Shown: one piece after another, positions 21,189-34,920 of the stretch
Numbering within the stretch: position 1 is the stretch's first letter
How the letters are laid out: each line of letters begins with the position of its first letter
Assembly: GCA_013265495.1 (NCBI GenBank)
Contig: MU062295.1
Span: forward strand, 25,170,552 to 25,234,551
From: Vicugna vicugna
Lineage: Eukaryota
Length of the DNA stretch: 64,000 nucleotides
Reading direction: 5' to 3'
Position numbers and translations under genes: made by a program
Notes under the pieces: generated by a model
What the model was told of the DNA's origin: nothing
Database searches by the model: none
The model's input: the letters and a program-made list of their open reading frames with translations, nothing else

Positions 21189-21703
21189 ATAACTCTGCTC
21201 TCTTTGGTACTGAGAGAAGAGTATGCCAATCTGGATTTTAAGCAATTCACTGGTAGTGAAATAGGCACTTTGGGAGATAACCTTAACTACTTTCAATCCC
21301 CAAGATACCATTTACTGCAATGAAGTAGTAAATAGTTTTACTAAATTATGCCATTTAAGTAAATAACTTTACGTGGCCTTGAGGTGTCTCCTGGCCTTTT
21401 GGGGTCAGCTATTCATGTAACTGGACCAAATTGTATCACAGATGGAAAAAAAATGCAAATATTTATTGAGTACTCTCTATGTTCAAAGCCCTTTAAGATG
21501 GAATTTGTTTACTTTTCATAAGGTGAGAATTATCATCCACATCTTAAGAAAGAGAAAGCTCATGTACACGGAATAACTGGTCTCACATTGCACGGCTTGT
21601 GTACCGATTAGTTCTGATTTGAACTTTGGTCATTTTCTTTCTGCTAAGTGGTGCAGAGTAAGGGCTGTTACTGGCTTTTTCCCTTCAAAGCATGTGTGTC
21701 TGA

Positions 21704-21832
21704 GGGGAGGGTATAGCTCAAGTGGTAGAGCACATGCTTAGCATGCTTGAGGTCCTGGGTTCAATCCCCAGTACCTCCATATAAATAAATGAATAAACCT
21801 AATTACCCCCACCCCCCGGCCAAAAAGCAAAA
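21704..21832 (+). mobile_element. tRNA-derived camelid SINE (Vic-1-like), young copy
   Basis: Intact A-box TAGCTCAAGTGG and B-box GGTTCAATCCC; perfect 18-bp TSD CAAAGCATGTGTGTCTGA at 21686-21703 and 21833-21850. Confidence 0.95.
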
Positions 21833-24800
21833 CAAAGCATGTGTGTCTGAATGAGAGTGGGGCCCCAGTTCAAGAGAAGGATGTCTTTCAGAGCAGCAGT
21901 CTGGGCATGCCATGGCTGCAGTAGGGGCTGCAGGAATGATGGGGAAGTAAAGGTTCCTGTAGATACAGAAGAAGAGAAAGCCCCAGGGTGGGGCGTCTCT
22001 GCTCTCTCTCCATCAGTAGGCTTTTGTAAACTGGAAACTCTCTTCAAATGCATTGACAGTCTCTGGGAACCAGCATGACACAGTCACATGCCTTTAAAAT
22101 ACTGCCACCATCACCATCGTCATCACTGTTAGGTGGTTATAGTTTTCCATAAAGACTAAGTAATCAGATTTCCCTTAGCTCCCCCCAAAATGGGACAATG
22201 AGACAGCTGCAGGTCCTCCCCAACAATCAAGGTGGTCTCAATACTCTTTCTGCTGCATGAGAACTTTCCACTGAAGTCCGTATGAGTCATTCACTTTAGC
22301 TGTGCCTGTGTGCTAATGAACAGCTCCTTTACACTTAGTAAAATCATTCAGACACTTCAGGGGGCTGCAAGGATATTATGCTCTTGGCCTGCCACAGACC
22401 CAAAAGTCCCAAAATAAAGTGACCTATTCGGTGTTTCAAAGGCGCTTTTGATTAAATTACTGAAAAATATTTAAGATGGTGAGTGAGGGCTGGCTGGTTG
22501 GCTGGACAGCATATACTTATAACCATCTTTTAGCCAGGGAGATTTTTCATAGCAAGTAGATTTTCTTAGTTTATAACTACTAACCAAGTGATCACCTCAC
22601 CACAGCTCTTTCTGGAGCTTCCAAACTTTTAGACGAAGTCATTTGAAACTTGTCAGGAAGCCAAAGGTTGGGGATTACCTTATTCTTGGTCCTAAACCTA
22701 GACCTGTTTTTATAAATAGTCGATCTCCAGGCCAGGCTGTCCCTGCATGACATGTTCCCATAAATGTCCCGCTGCCACAAATTGCTAATCTTAGCAAAAG
22801 CAGAGTTCTGTGTCCACCCAAAGCACTCTTACTTTCCTAGGATGCTGCCCTGTGCTGCTCCACCACAGAGAAAGGCGTGTGGACATCTCCCAAAGAAGTC
22901 CATTTGATTCCTGATTCTCTGCCTTTCTAAGCTCCTTGACATTATTATCCTTTCTGGGCAAGTGGTTTGCATGGAGCAATCTTCCAGAGCGGCCAAGTCT
23001 GCAGACCCAGGGCAGGGAGGACAGGAGAGGAAGGAGAATCTGAACCCTGTGCTGCAGGGGAACCCAGGCGTGATGGAATAGTCTTGAGAAGGGGGCCTGT
23101 TCAGGCAAGCTTTGCTCCATGGACAGCCTGCCCCTTTGGGGAGAAGGAGGAAGGAAGGGAGCATGCATTTTGAAAAGAGTCAAATATTTCACAATGTAAA
23201 AACTCGACAAAGCCCAGACTGCCCAGCCCTTGTCTCAGGCCAGTGGGCCTGCAGATCTCAGTCTAGGGAAGGAAGGGCCCCCTGGGCTTCAGAGCTAAGA
23301 ACAGAAAAATGAGCCTGAAGGGGAGGAGGGCAGTTATGAAAATGAGAGACATTTGCTCCTGTTATCTGACAGAGGTGCTGGGGGTGTCAGTGCTGAAGCA
23401 GCCTGGGGTCAGGCCTGAGGCCATGCCTGAGGCACCAGTGGCAATGGAGGTGTCTTACAGGAGCAGCCAGGAGCCCAGGAGGCCACCGGAAGTGGGGCAT
23501 TAGGCTGGAGGGCATAGCAGGTACCAGAGCTCTTGGCTGCAGGGAGGTGTGTGGGTAGCCTCTCAGCAGGCTTTTGGGAACCTAAAAACAGACTATGGGT
23601 GCGAGAAGACTCCTGCAACTACATGGGTGGGGTATTCACCCACCGGAGACCATTTGTTGGTGCCGTTGTATGGTAGTTCACATCCCTTTAATTATGTTTC
23701 CTGGGGAGGTGGCCAGGGAAGCACCGTTGGGATGTACCTTTTCTTTTATAATTGGTAGTTCTGAAATTTAAAAAATATATATCTCTTAGAAAATTCTGTT
23801 CTGTGACACCTTGGCCAGTCAGTTTTGCAGCTTGGAGAGAGATGGTCTTTAAATTTCTACCTAGAATCCTAATAATCCAAGCATCCTGAAGAAGTTATCG
23901 AAAGAGTAGATCTCATTAGGAAGTACTGGCTCACTGAGCAAAATGTTGAAGTGCACAAAATTCATTGCAGGTTAGCTAGATCCTTCCACAGAGTTGGCGA
24001 AAGCAAAGGATCTGCCTGTTTCAGGGTCCCCCGCCTCCCCCAGTCCCTATCTTCTTGCTCTTTGGGTGGAGTTCCCCAGGCTTCTCACGGCCCCATGCTG
24101 ATAAGACATGTGGCCAAAGTCTGTGTCATCCTTTATCAAGGACTGGTTTAGGGAAAGTTTTAGTGCTTTTGTGCTGCAGGTGACCATTTTGGGGTCATTC
24201 ACGCCCTCCTCTCCCCCTCACATATTCACTGCTTTGTCCCCCATCTCCTTTTCATTAATGAACTAAGCGAAGGCTCGAATAACCTGTTAAAGGGCGAGGC
24301 TTTTGTGCACTGCTGTAACATACCTTGTGTTACTCAACAAAGAACAGCTTAAACCAAGCCCCATATATAAGGGATCGAGATGTAATGCAGTTGCTCCACT
24401 GTGTTTTTGTGTACCGCTAGCGTCTTTTTTCAATCACTCAAGTAGTTTGTATTAAATAAATGGTGATTGCATTGAATTTACAATTTCAGAGAGCGTAAGA
24501 AAATGTCTGGATATTGTGAGGCATGTAAGAGTTCTTTCGTCCCTTGTGAATCTTCTAAATTGTGACATATCTTTTTAAGCTCATGAAATCATAATATGAA
24601 ATGTTTTCCTTCTTTTTGAAAGAAATATTAAATACTACAAATCTACATAATGCTGTATTATTGATATATATCCTCTGCATGAATATTTACACTATTTAAT
24701 ATTTTATTTGCACATCTTGGATAAAAAGTAAATTAAGACAATAGTAATTATTTGTTTGAAAACAAACCTTATGTATGAATTCTGAAATTGTACCTGTGAG

Positions 24801-26229
24801 TAATCAACTGTTTCTTTACTATGCAAATTATCATTGTTTTATTACATTTGGAACATGGATCATTTTACATTTGGAGAATTTTTATGTTGTATGCAATGAC
24901 AGATGATTTGAGACAAGGGTAAAATCTGCCACTTCTGCTCAAGCCACATCACGTATTTGAATTTTCCATTTTAGGTATAGCGTTTATAGAAATACATCTG
25001 ATAAGTATGTGTTTGGTTCAGCAGCGATTTTATACATTTTAATGACATGTACCACTTTAGACATTGTACATATGTGAAGATAATATTAGTACTTTATGAA
25101 TTAGTCATTTGCTTAATTTTACTTAATAATTTCCACATAAATCATTTTACATACACACATACATGTGAATTTACATGGGCAGGAGCTTTGTATTGATTTT
25201 GTGATTCACAAAATGTTATTAATTGACTGTTTAGCCAAAACAATCGGATATTTGCTTGTGATTAGCATTAGATTCATAACTTAAATTTATGTAATTTTTT
25301 AAACACAGACATTAACTAGCCCCCTTTTAAAATTAAACAACGAGTTGGCTTAAATAGCCAAACCTCTTTGTACTTTCAGAATTCAGAATTCTAACTTGAA
25401 GGCTGGGATAACAGGCATGAAGGAGGCAGAGAATAATTGTTTCTCCAGGGATGCTGTTTTCTCAGGCCCTCACGAAAGCAAATGGAAAAATGTATGCTTT
25501 TCCTGAGTGCTGAGAGAAAGGAATAGAAAGCTGTCTGTCTGTGTGTATTTTGCCTTCACACTTGCAATGGTTTCTGTTACTCCCGCCAAAAGGACATCTT
25601 AATACAAAAAAAACATATAAGTGGATTATGATTCCTGTGCCTTTCGAGGAAGCATTCTGCTGTAGTTTTCAAATGCAAAAACACCTGCCCACTTCTCTTT
25701 CCTGGGGGAAGGCTCCCACCTTCATCAGAGAGAAGAATCTCTGCCTTTCAGCTGTCAGGTTTCTTCTTGTCTTTCATGTTAAAGATTGATACGTTTGTTC
25801 CTAAGCTGCTGACAGGCCTCAGAGGCCAGGCTGGGGAGCGAGCATTAGTGATAGCAACTATTAATTCCTCTAGAAATTTAAGATTAGCCCCTTGGTTCTG
25901 TTTGTTCAGTGAAGTTCAGACAAAGAAGAGTAACAGCAAGTACATTTTTGGATGTTAAAGAATCCCCTAGAGCCTGCCTCTTCTTGGCCTTGTGACACTG
26001 ACATCCTCAAGGAGATGGAAAGAGAATAGAGAGATTTTTAGGTTAGACAGTTAGAGGCAGCACACTTAGAATCATTCTTCTACTAAATCTCCAAAAGCTG
26101 GAATCATCGTCATTGGTAGCAGCTATGTTTGTTTTCATTACCCAGTGTAGCAGCTGTCAGTGGGGAGACACCTTTAAAAACAAAAACAAAAACAAAAACC
26201 TGTATTATGAAGAGTCTTCTATGAAGTGT

Positions 26230-26690
26230 GTTGAAGAGGTACTGGGTACTATCCTATGCTGGGTACCATGTGTGATTCAGAGATAAACCCCTGTAAGGAG
26301 TTTTCAAATTTCTGCCAAGGATGGTGAGCCGTGTCACGTGTTACAATTACTATAGGAAGTTTCGCTATAATAGGAGTTAAAACATACCAATAACCCTGCT
26401 ATGGATGTTTGCCGAGGAAGGACATCCATCTTACAGTCGACCAAGGATCAGAGAGAGTTTCAGGTTTCATCTTGTCGGAGCGGTTGGGTAGGATTTGGCT
26501 TTGCGGGAAGAAGACAGATGCTTTTTGAGGAGAGGGAGGTTCAGATGGGGGTTAATTCTGTGAGGATTCTAATTTGGCTGAAGGACAGGAGGCTTGAGAG
26601 AGGAGGAAGGAAGGGCTAGAAGCGGAGGTTGTGGCAAGCCTTAAAGGTCAACCTTGACTGAGGAGTTGGGATTTCTTTCAGTCAGTGTCT
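26230..26690 (-). mobile_element. L2 LINE fragment
   Basis: TACTATCCTATGCTGGGTACC...AGATAAA...AAGGATCAGAGAGAGTTT...TTGACTGAGGAGTTGGGATTTCTTTCAG, a reversed L2 pattern. Confidence 0.5.
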
Positions 26691-26844
26691 GCTTGTGACT
26701 TGCCCACTTTTCAGAATACCCAACTGTTCCGTCATGGGCCCCTGGCTCCCCTGAGCTGGGACAGGTGTGATGGAAGGGCCGGTGGGGAAAAGAGGGAGCT
26801 GTGGATTGTGAGGCTGCATGGTTTCATATCTAGGATCCACTTAC

Positions 26845-26945
26845 TAGTTATGTGACCTTGGGCTAGTTACTAAACCTCTCTGTGCTTCAGTGATGGTATG
26901 AGGATTATATGAGGTAAACCACGTAAAGTACACAGGCTCATTGCA
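26845..26945 (+). mobile_element. MIR core fragment
   Basis: CCACTTACTAGTTATGTGACCTTGGGCTAGTTACTAAACCTCTCTGTGCTTCAGT. Confidence 0.8.
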
Positions 26946-28839
26946 AATAACCAGAGAACAAAACAAACAAATAAAAAACCCCCAAACCTTGGTCCCTACT
27001 GAACCTCTTACACCATCTGAGATATTCTCCTCCCCTATCTGTCCTATTATGAGCATAGCTCACAATAAGTCTGTGAATAAATCCAGATATAGACAAAGTG
27101 TGAGAAATGGTCAACATGGGTTAAGGTGTAGGTTAGAAGAAAATATGACATTTTGTGTGGACTGTAAGTAGTTGCCTGTAAGTTTACCTCCTGTAGTGAA
27201 GTCTGTCTTCCTAGAGCAAAGATGCTTGCCTGCCTCCTTCCCTCCTCAGGGAAGAGAATGAGAGAAGCATCCTCAGGCCAGGCCTGCTTTGGTGGGCTCG
27301 AGCCTGAGCTCGGGTGTCTGTCCTGATGAGTCCTACTTGGTCCCTGAGGAGAGGAAAGGGGTTATGGCTTGTCAGCCCCAGACAGGCAGAAAACACTTTC
27401 TTGACTGTGGTGGTGATGGGGGGGTAAGGTTTCAGCTACAAGCTCTATCACTAGGGCCTTAGACCCTTAGTGTTATTTCCAGAATTATTAATTTTTGGCA
27501 TCTGTCATCTGCAGTAACTTGGACAGTTGGACACTGTGATGGTTTCCAACTTCTCTGAGACCCATTAACTAGAATTACAAGTCCTGAGGGTGTGGTGTGT
27601 AGAAGCCAGGCCCTAACAAGAGTGTGGACTACCTGCCTGGCACCTGCAGTGGATTGTCCTGAAGTGACGAGGCTGTGCGCTTATAAAAAAAAGTTTTTTT
27701 AGGGAAGCAATTTAGTGGCACTTGACATGGTGACTCCCCTGACTTCTGAAAGAAACTGTAATCTGGAGAAAGCCAGAAGTCTGTGTAAATACTTCTGTGG
27801 TTCCAATTCTGAGGATTCTGGGAGCTCTCAGCCCATATTTTGCTGGAATATCCAGGTGGATGGCTTTCTTAGTATCCCAGAGAAGAGGCTGAGCTTAGTA
27901 GATGTTAGCTCCCTGTGAGGAGTCTCGGGAATTCTGGGTAAGCCTCTGGCACTTGTCACCTTACCTCATGGGCAGCCTTTGGCCTGGCATCTTATTGGTG
28001 GAGTGCTAGGCTAGAAGCTACTGTCATTGGCCAGATTTGGAGGTGGGCGGGCTTTCTAGGGCTCCTTGATACTCATGTGTGGAATGCTCAGGGGGCTTTG
28101 TGTGGTTGCCTGGGGAAAGACAAGCTCACTAGGAGATGAGCAGTCCAGACTGCCGAGGGCAAGTGCCAATGACAGCGTGGCCAAGGAAGACGGAACCAAC
28201 CACTGTAGCGGGGTTTGGCTCTAGTGAGAGTTAGTGTTTCTGTTTGTGTTGGCACTAAGTACACAAATGGACGGTCCTGCGGGGAAATGATTCGTTATCT
28301 AGAGAGGTGCCTTGAAGAAATACTCAACAGCTGGGTTCTGAGAGGCTGCATTTCTCCGCAGGAGAGCGAGTTATTGTAGCTTTTTGTAAAATATGTATTT
28401 ATTTAATTTTCCTTTAGCACAGACCTTGTTTTTGTTTTTTTTTTTAAGAGTGAGTCATTTGTGCATTTGATTTTGAAAGTTGTTGCCAACATACTGGATT
28501 GTTGAGGAAAGAAGTTTTCTTTGTCTCCGAGGGGAGGGCTTGAGCGGGGACGAGCATGACACAGGGCAGGAAAGCACCTACGCTTCTCACTCTTGGGACA
28601 CTTAGTTTTGAGGAACTCTGGTATCAACTCTGTTCATCTATGTCTGTAGGTCAGGGAGGAATAAGAAGCAGTGGAGAGGGAGAAAAAAGCAACTTTGTAC
28701 TTTTGAATATAGCAAAACTGTATCACATGATCATCCGTATAATTAGCACAGTTTATGGTTGCAGTTAAGTCTAGTTTTTGAGAAGGCTGAGCTTTTTCAA
28801 CATCTCACTTTACGAAGAAAAATAAGTAATAACTAACTT

Positions 28840-29110
28840 TCACATGGTGCCTTGTATTTGCTTTGGGCTCTTTTATCTGCTTTACAGTATCCTTTATGTG
28901 AATAATGCCTCCTAGAAACATCACAATACTCTGAGGGTAGATATAATTTTATTGCTATTTTACAGTGGGGGAAACTGAGGCACGGAGGTTAAGAAACTTA
29001 CTCAAGATGACGCACTGGGAAAGTAGTAGAGCACAGCTGGGCTCCAAATCCTGGCAGTCTGGTTTCCAGAGTTTGATCTCTTAGTAACTGCACTGTGTCA
29101 CTGTCCACAG
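28840..29110 (-). mobile_element. MIR SINE
   Basis: ATTTTACAGTGGGGGAAACTGAGGCACGGAGGTTAAGAAACTTACTCAAGATGAC...TCCAAATCCTGGCAGTCTGG. Confidence 0.85.
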
Positions 29111-29989
29111 TAGGAATAATGACTATTCTCTGTTCCAATGAAATCGCATGCTGGTTTTGCCCAGTGTGCTTCGGAAGTACCCATTCCACTTCTTTATGAC
29201 CATAAAGTGCCTTATTTACTACTAGGAGATCTTAGTGCTGATATCTTCTATACTTCTAAGAAGTGCTTTTCACAGATCTCAGTAAAATAATCCTTGGGAT
29301 ATTAGTTCTTGGCATTGGCAGGCTTTAGGTTACATATGGGGCTGAACTTTCTTGGCTTTTGTGATTAACTTTGGCTAAAGTAAGACCAATCTCTGTGCTT
29401 TTGCTATATGTTAAATGTCAAAGTCACCAGGTGACAGACCAGAATAATCCACATTGACGTCTGTGGAAATAGTCTTGGTGATGTGGGGTTCCCTTAGTGT
29501 GCAGAAATCTCCCTAACACTTAAAGTAGGTGGACGTGTTTTGTGTGTGTTGTATGTGGGGCCATGAAACTTACCAAGTAACACAACACACTAACACGTTC
29601 AGTTACGAAATTTCAAAAGTTCTACCAACAAAATAGCATTCTCATTAGAGGAAACTTGGAAAAATAAATAAAAGTGCAAAGAAGGACATAAGGTCACTTG
29701 TCCTACTACTCCAGAGCTAGCACTGTTGAAATTTACTTTCCCTTAGTATTTTTTTTTCCTACATGCACATTCCTAGACACACACTCTCAAAGCAACATTT
29801 TGTGTCATGCATACGTTGTTATTCTCCTAGTTAAATTGTAACCAAGGTGCAGAACACAGGATGTTTCGCACATGCACTTTTGCTGGAGAAACCACAGATC
29901 GTCACTATTTATAGTGCGCCTTAGCCATCTCATGCATCATTTCCCCTCGTACTTCCTCAATGTCGCTGGCAGCCCTGCTGCTGGCCTGC

Positions 29990-30400
29990 CTGTCCTTCAC
30001 TCGTGACATCTGAGTCATCCCTGACATCTCTCTCCCCAGGCCTGTTATTGAGCTTTGTTATTTTTTTCTTCCCTAAACATTCTCAGATCTGTGCTCTATT
30101 TTCCAACCACTGCAACCCTCATCTCCATGTCAGCCGTCTCATGCTGTCTGTGTCTGTCTTCCAGCTTCTTTTCTTTTCAATCCACCCTTTAAAAAGTAAT
30201 TTTCTCACAAGTGTTTTCTTCTCAGCACCCTGTTCTGTGCTGAACTCCCCCACGGTAACACCTCTATTACTTCCCGCTTGTCTCTGCGTCATTTTAAGAT
30301 TCTTGATGGTGTCCTCCTTCACCTCATCCACTCCATGCAAGACCAAAAAAAGACACACTTGGTCCTTTGTTACTGTATCATTGAAGATAAACGGGGCTGA
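29990..30400 (+). mobile_element. L2 LINE fragment
   Basis: CTGAGTCATCCCTGACATCTCTCTCC...TTCTTCCCTAAACATTCTCAGATCTG...TTTCCAACCACTGC, pyrimidine-rich L2 body. Confidence 0.5.
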
Positions 30401-32459
30401 CCCCAGTGAAAACTATGAAATAAGCAGTCTTTGCTGTCTCCAGCCTCTATTCTCCATTACATTTATGACCCACAAGGGTTTTTCTTTTCTCCTATTTGTT
30501 ATTTGTTATTCTTCATGCTCTGTAATTCACACTTCTAGTCAGATATGAAAGGATCTGATATTGGTAGTTGATACTTGAATGAATGTGATCACGTGTTCTT
30601 TTATGTGATCGAGTGGATTTAATAAAATAAAGCTAATGCAAGTAGGTAGTTTTTACTAGAAAAAAAAAGCGTTTAGTTGGCTAATAGAAAGTTTACAATC
30701 CTCTGTTGATACTCTCCACCCCCAATTTTTTTAAAAAATTTTTTTTCTAGTATGTAAGTCTAGGAATAGCTACTTTAAACCATAGCAGTGAAAAAGGAAA
30801 GGAGAAACAGAGGAGGAGAGATAAAGAAATAGAACAGCCAGTAAGAGATAGTAATATTATCAAGCTGTGTCCTTTGATAAAAGTGTGTTATTATAAGTAT
30901 GTTTTTCTTTGATAAAAATGCATTGTGTGCAAATTTTTTTAAAAAATGACATTCTCTTTGTGTTTTATTGTGTCGTCCCTTCTTTCTTCTCAGCTCCACG
31001 TGTAATTTATTGTATCTATCATAGAATAACCATAAAAGCGTTGAACCTGTTGTTTTTTTAATCCTGGAATCTCAACATCTAGTTAATGCCAGGCATGCTG
31101 TGTACAGTCAATAAATGATTGCTGATTATCCAACAGTGTTTTGGGACAAAAATAACCTTTCTTTGTATCTCTAGGGTTTTACTTTATTTTTATCTAACAG
31201 AATTAAAGAATTTGACACTGTAACACCAGGGTCAGAAATCCAGATTTCAACAACTACCAGTGGAAAATGGCACCCAGTTGTTCACAAGCTGTCATTTGCA
31301 ACCTATGTTGGTGGCAGCTCTGGGTTGATTCCTCTTGTGTTGCTGCTTGGCTCTAAGACCTTGTCTTTTGCTTTGAGGACAGGGCTAAATAGGGAAGAGA
31401 GCCCGAGACCACATGAAATGTGCTTCAGCAGCTTTATCAGTATTCTGGCTTGCACGAGTTTTATATTCCAAAGCTGTAGTTATCTCTTCTGTGTCCCTGG
31501 CATGCCTTCACACTCACAGACACCAGTATTGTCCTTTCCTTGGTTCAGCCAAAACTGGGGAAGTGGGGAGAGGGGTAGAAGGACTTTTGTTCAGAAAGTC
31601 TGATGAGGGTCGTTGTAATGTCTGCTTTCATATACTGAATCTACAGTGACCCTTTTTTTTTTTTAATGTTGTGTGATTCTGTAATTACGGTGTGTTCTGG
31701 TGGTGCAATTATTGTATTATAAATTTAATAAGTTAAAGTGATTTCTGTAAGAGAATATGGGTTTTTCACTGTAGCAGAAGGAAATTGTGTGATGAGACAG
31801 TGGAGGAGAAACAATAGATGTATTATGTAGCTGCCTGGAACATTTGCTACCTGAAAGCAAGCCAGTCGGTGAGGAAGAGGAGATAGTAGACTGCCTACCC
31901 ATGAGCTGACTCACCATGCTCTTGGAAAACAAGAAGGTGAAATTCAATGTTTTGTGTCTTCAGACTGTCCCCCAGTGCTTGCCCGACATCAGACAGCCCT
32001 TGACTAGTATCCAGTGGATTTTAGTTTGTTACTCATTTTTCATCTGCTTTCATGTTGTTGTATTTTAAGCCAATGCAACAAGGAAATGAATTGTTTTGTT
32101 TATTCTTTTATTATTTGCTTATAAAAGCGAAAGAAGTTAATGGCTCAAATAAAATGGAAATATATTTGTAATGGCATCATAGCGTACTAGGTGGTATTTT
32201 TATTCTTGTTTAAGAGGCTAAGGATGGAATTTATTTACTAGTGCCGATCTGGAGTGAGAAGAAAGCAGCTGGGGCTTGTATATAAGCAATTATTGGTTCG
32301 TGTTAAAGTTTCTACAGCAGGATGTTTTCATTTTTAGAGGACACTCTTATGTGTTACTCAGAAGTGTTTCTTAATACTGGTAAGAATTTCAGCTGAGGAT
32401 CATGGCTTAGTGGATTGTAGAAGAGCAGAAATTCTCGCTCTCCAGGCCTCTAGAGGACA

Positions 32460-32850
32460 TGGTGGTCTGTGTTACGGGATGGAGCTGGCTTGGTCAGGAG
32501 AGCAGGCACGTGGCCCGGCCTCCGTTACGGTGGTCACGGAGGTGCAGAGGCAGGCTGGCTCCTCGGTGCTTTGACCGCAAGCCTGCGGTTTCTCTGTACG
32601 GTTCCTCTTGTCCATATAAATTTGGCCCCAGACTGCTTAGCGTCTCTAGACCAGATTTCCTTCTGTAATTATGGAAAAGTGACCATAAGTAGAGTGTCCC
32701 CAGCGTGAAAGCTATGCCACTTTCCCCTTCCCAGTGACTAGGGAGGTTCCAGCTCCAGAGTTGCACCAGACCAGGCTTCGGCGTTGCCCGGGTTCCCTCT
32801 GGTCCTGGAGACTCACGAGAACCAGCCCTGGATTGGGCTGCCTTCCTGAA
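32460..32850. mobile_element. Possible old MaLR/ERVL LTR fragment
   Basis: GC-rich block with loose MLT-like motifs (GTTCCAGCTCCAGAG, ACTCACGAGAACCAGCCCTGGATTGGGC); family not securely recognised. Confidence 0.3.
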
Positions 32851-33240
32851 GTTTTTTTTGGGGGGGGCTCTTTCTTCCATACTTAATATACTGAAAAAAT
32901 CAAGCCAGAGGCATGCAATGGGTAAGTGAAAGTTCCAGGAGCTGTTTCGTGAGGATATTTGAGGTTATGACTGAGGAAGCAGAGAAACAAGAACAAAACC
33001 CAAAAAAACTTAACATTCCTTTCAATTTGTATGGTGCTTTCAAATCTCATTTAATTAAATTCTCACCACAAACACATGACTATAGCAGAGGAGTCAACCA
33101 CCTTGCCTTTCTTCAGCGACCCGTACAGAAGTGGGCAAACTCGTGAGGTGTGTTTGGAGCAGATCTGGAAACGCTCTGGTTTAGTCAAGTTGGCTTTTTA
33201 CCCTGTTGTCCTTTTTCACTCTGAGGCTTTCTTGGGTAGG

Positions 33241-33708
33241 TATGGTAGTCTGATAATGACTCCTGAAGATTCAAGGTGCTCATCCCCAGAATCTGTGACT
33301 GTCACCTTATGTAAGAAAAGGGTCTTTGGAGATGCAATTAAATTAAGGATCTTGAGAGGGGAGATTATCCTGGATTATCCAGTTTGGCCCCAAATGGCAG
33401 TCACCACCAACCTTATGAAAGACAGAGGGGATTTCACACACACACACACACACACACAAGCACACACACACAGAAGGCAGGTGGAAATGGAGGCAGAGTT
33501 TGGAGTCAACATGGCCACAAGCAAAGACAGGCTTGAACCAACAGATGCTGGAAGAGGCAAGGAACGGATCCCCTAAAGGCTCTGGAGGTAGTTTGGCCCC
33601 ATTGACACCTTGATTTTGAACTTTTAGCCTCCAGAATTATGAGAGTAAATTGTTGTTATTTTAAGCCACCAAGTTTGTAGTAATTAGCAGCCACATGAAA
33701 CTAATGCA
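33241..33708 (+). mobile_element. MLT1 (MLT1C/D-like) solo LTR containing a (CA)12AG(CA)6 microsatellite
   Basis: TATGGTAGTCTGATAATG...AGGGTCTTTGGAGATGCAATTAAATTAAGGATCTTGAG...GAGATTATCCTGGATTATCC...GCTGGAAGAGGCAAGGAA...TTTTAAGCCACCAAGTTTG...GAAACTAATGCA. Confidence 0.9.
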
Positions 33709-34789
33709 GTTGAGAAAAGAAAGAAAAATGAAACGGAAAGCAACTCGATCAGGACTATAGCATCAACTCTAATTTTTAGAAAGAATCCCCTTTATTACTT
33801 GTACATGATGTACAATTTTAATGCAAGCCTGGTCTGGTTTCTTTTAATCCTGATCATCAGATTAGCTTTCCAAAAGCAGTGCTCTAATTGTGTCATGCAC
33901 GTTTGTCTGTATTCCCAACATGACCATAAATTTGGGATCCTGTTTGGCTTGTTTATAATTATTTCCACATTGTTTGGCATGTAGTAGGTTCTTAGTAAAT
34001 ATTTTCCAAATGAGTACATGCTTAAGTATGAGTATGTTTCTAATCAGGCCTCCAGTCTGCACTTCCAATTACATTTCTGTCTCCCCTCTCTGTATGTATA
34101 TATGTGTCTGTGTGAGTATATGTGTGTGTGTATTTTTTTTTCTTGCCAGGAGAAAAAGACAAATTGGGGTGATATAAATAATGAATAATAACTACAGTTT
34201 CCCCTATGAATAATAACTGTCCAGATAACAGATGGCACTGGAATTGACGGTAATATTAATTGGAACATTCCGTTCCATCTTTTGCAGAAAGAGGCAAATT
34301 AAGACAAATCAAATGTATATTAAAGATTTAATCTAAAATGTACTTTAAAGTGTGTTTTTGGGATCAGTATAGATAAAACCCCCACGTTCCCTGTGCCTGC
34401 AGCGTTCTGCAGGAGCAGCTGATACTCAGAGTAATGTCAGTGAGGCAGTTCTTTCAATGACAGGATGGTTTTAAAACATCTTAAACACTGGAACAAAAAG
34501 AATTCATAGTAAAACTGTTGCAGTAAGTTGAAATTAAGAATTCACTTGGTGAATCCTGAAACATTTCCCATCATCTGAAAGTAGTTTTCTGCTTGTAAAT
34601 TGCTGAATTTCGTACTCAGGACAGTATCCTGTCTAAGAGGATCAAGTGAACAAGCTGATTGATTTTTGTTTCCTCAATTTTTATTGCAAAAAATTTAAGC
34701 ACTTAGAAGTGTTTTAAAGTGGATACTGTATACACATAAATCTTACATCTGGATTCAAAGTTTTAATTTTCAAAAGTTTAAAATTTCAA

Positions 34790-34920
34790 AGCTGAGGCCA
34801 CATGCCTGACTAATTAAATCTCAATCTCCAGGTGGGTCAGAGACATCAGTGTTTTGGTTTTTTTTTTTTTTTTGAAGCTCCCGGGTGATTCTAGTGTGCA
34901 GACAAGTTTGAAAACCACTG
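34790..34920. mobile_element. MER5A-like hAT MITE fragment
   Basis: AAGCTCCCGGGTGATTCTAGTGTGCAGACAAGTTTGAAAACCACTG end. Confidence 0.75.

Noticed and set aside
21704-21780. tRNA gene (and the four similar heads)
   Set aside because: The tRNA-like head continues into a SINE tail with TSDs; five dispersed copies indicate a SINE, not tRNA genes.
24821-24838. Octamer ATGCAAAT next to SOX CATTGTT
   Set aside because: Order and spacing do not match the canonical SOX-OCT composite.
24966-24975. CArG box CCATTTTAGG
   Set aside because: A single 10-mer expected by chance several times in 64 kb of AT-rich DNA.
30003-30548. 181-aa hydrophobic ORF
   Set aside because: Pyrimidine-rich L2-derived sequence with a non-ATG start; compositional artefact.
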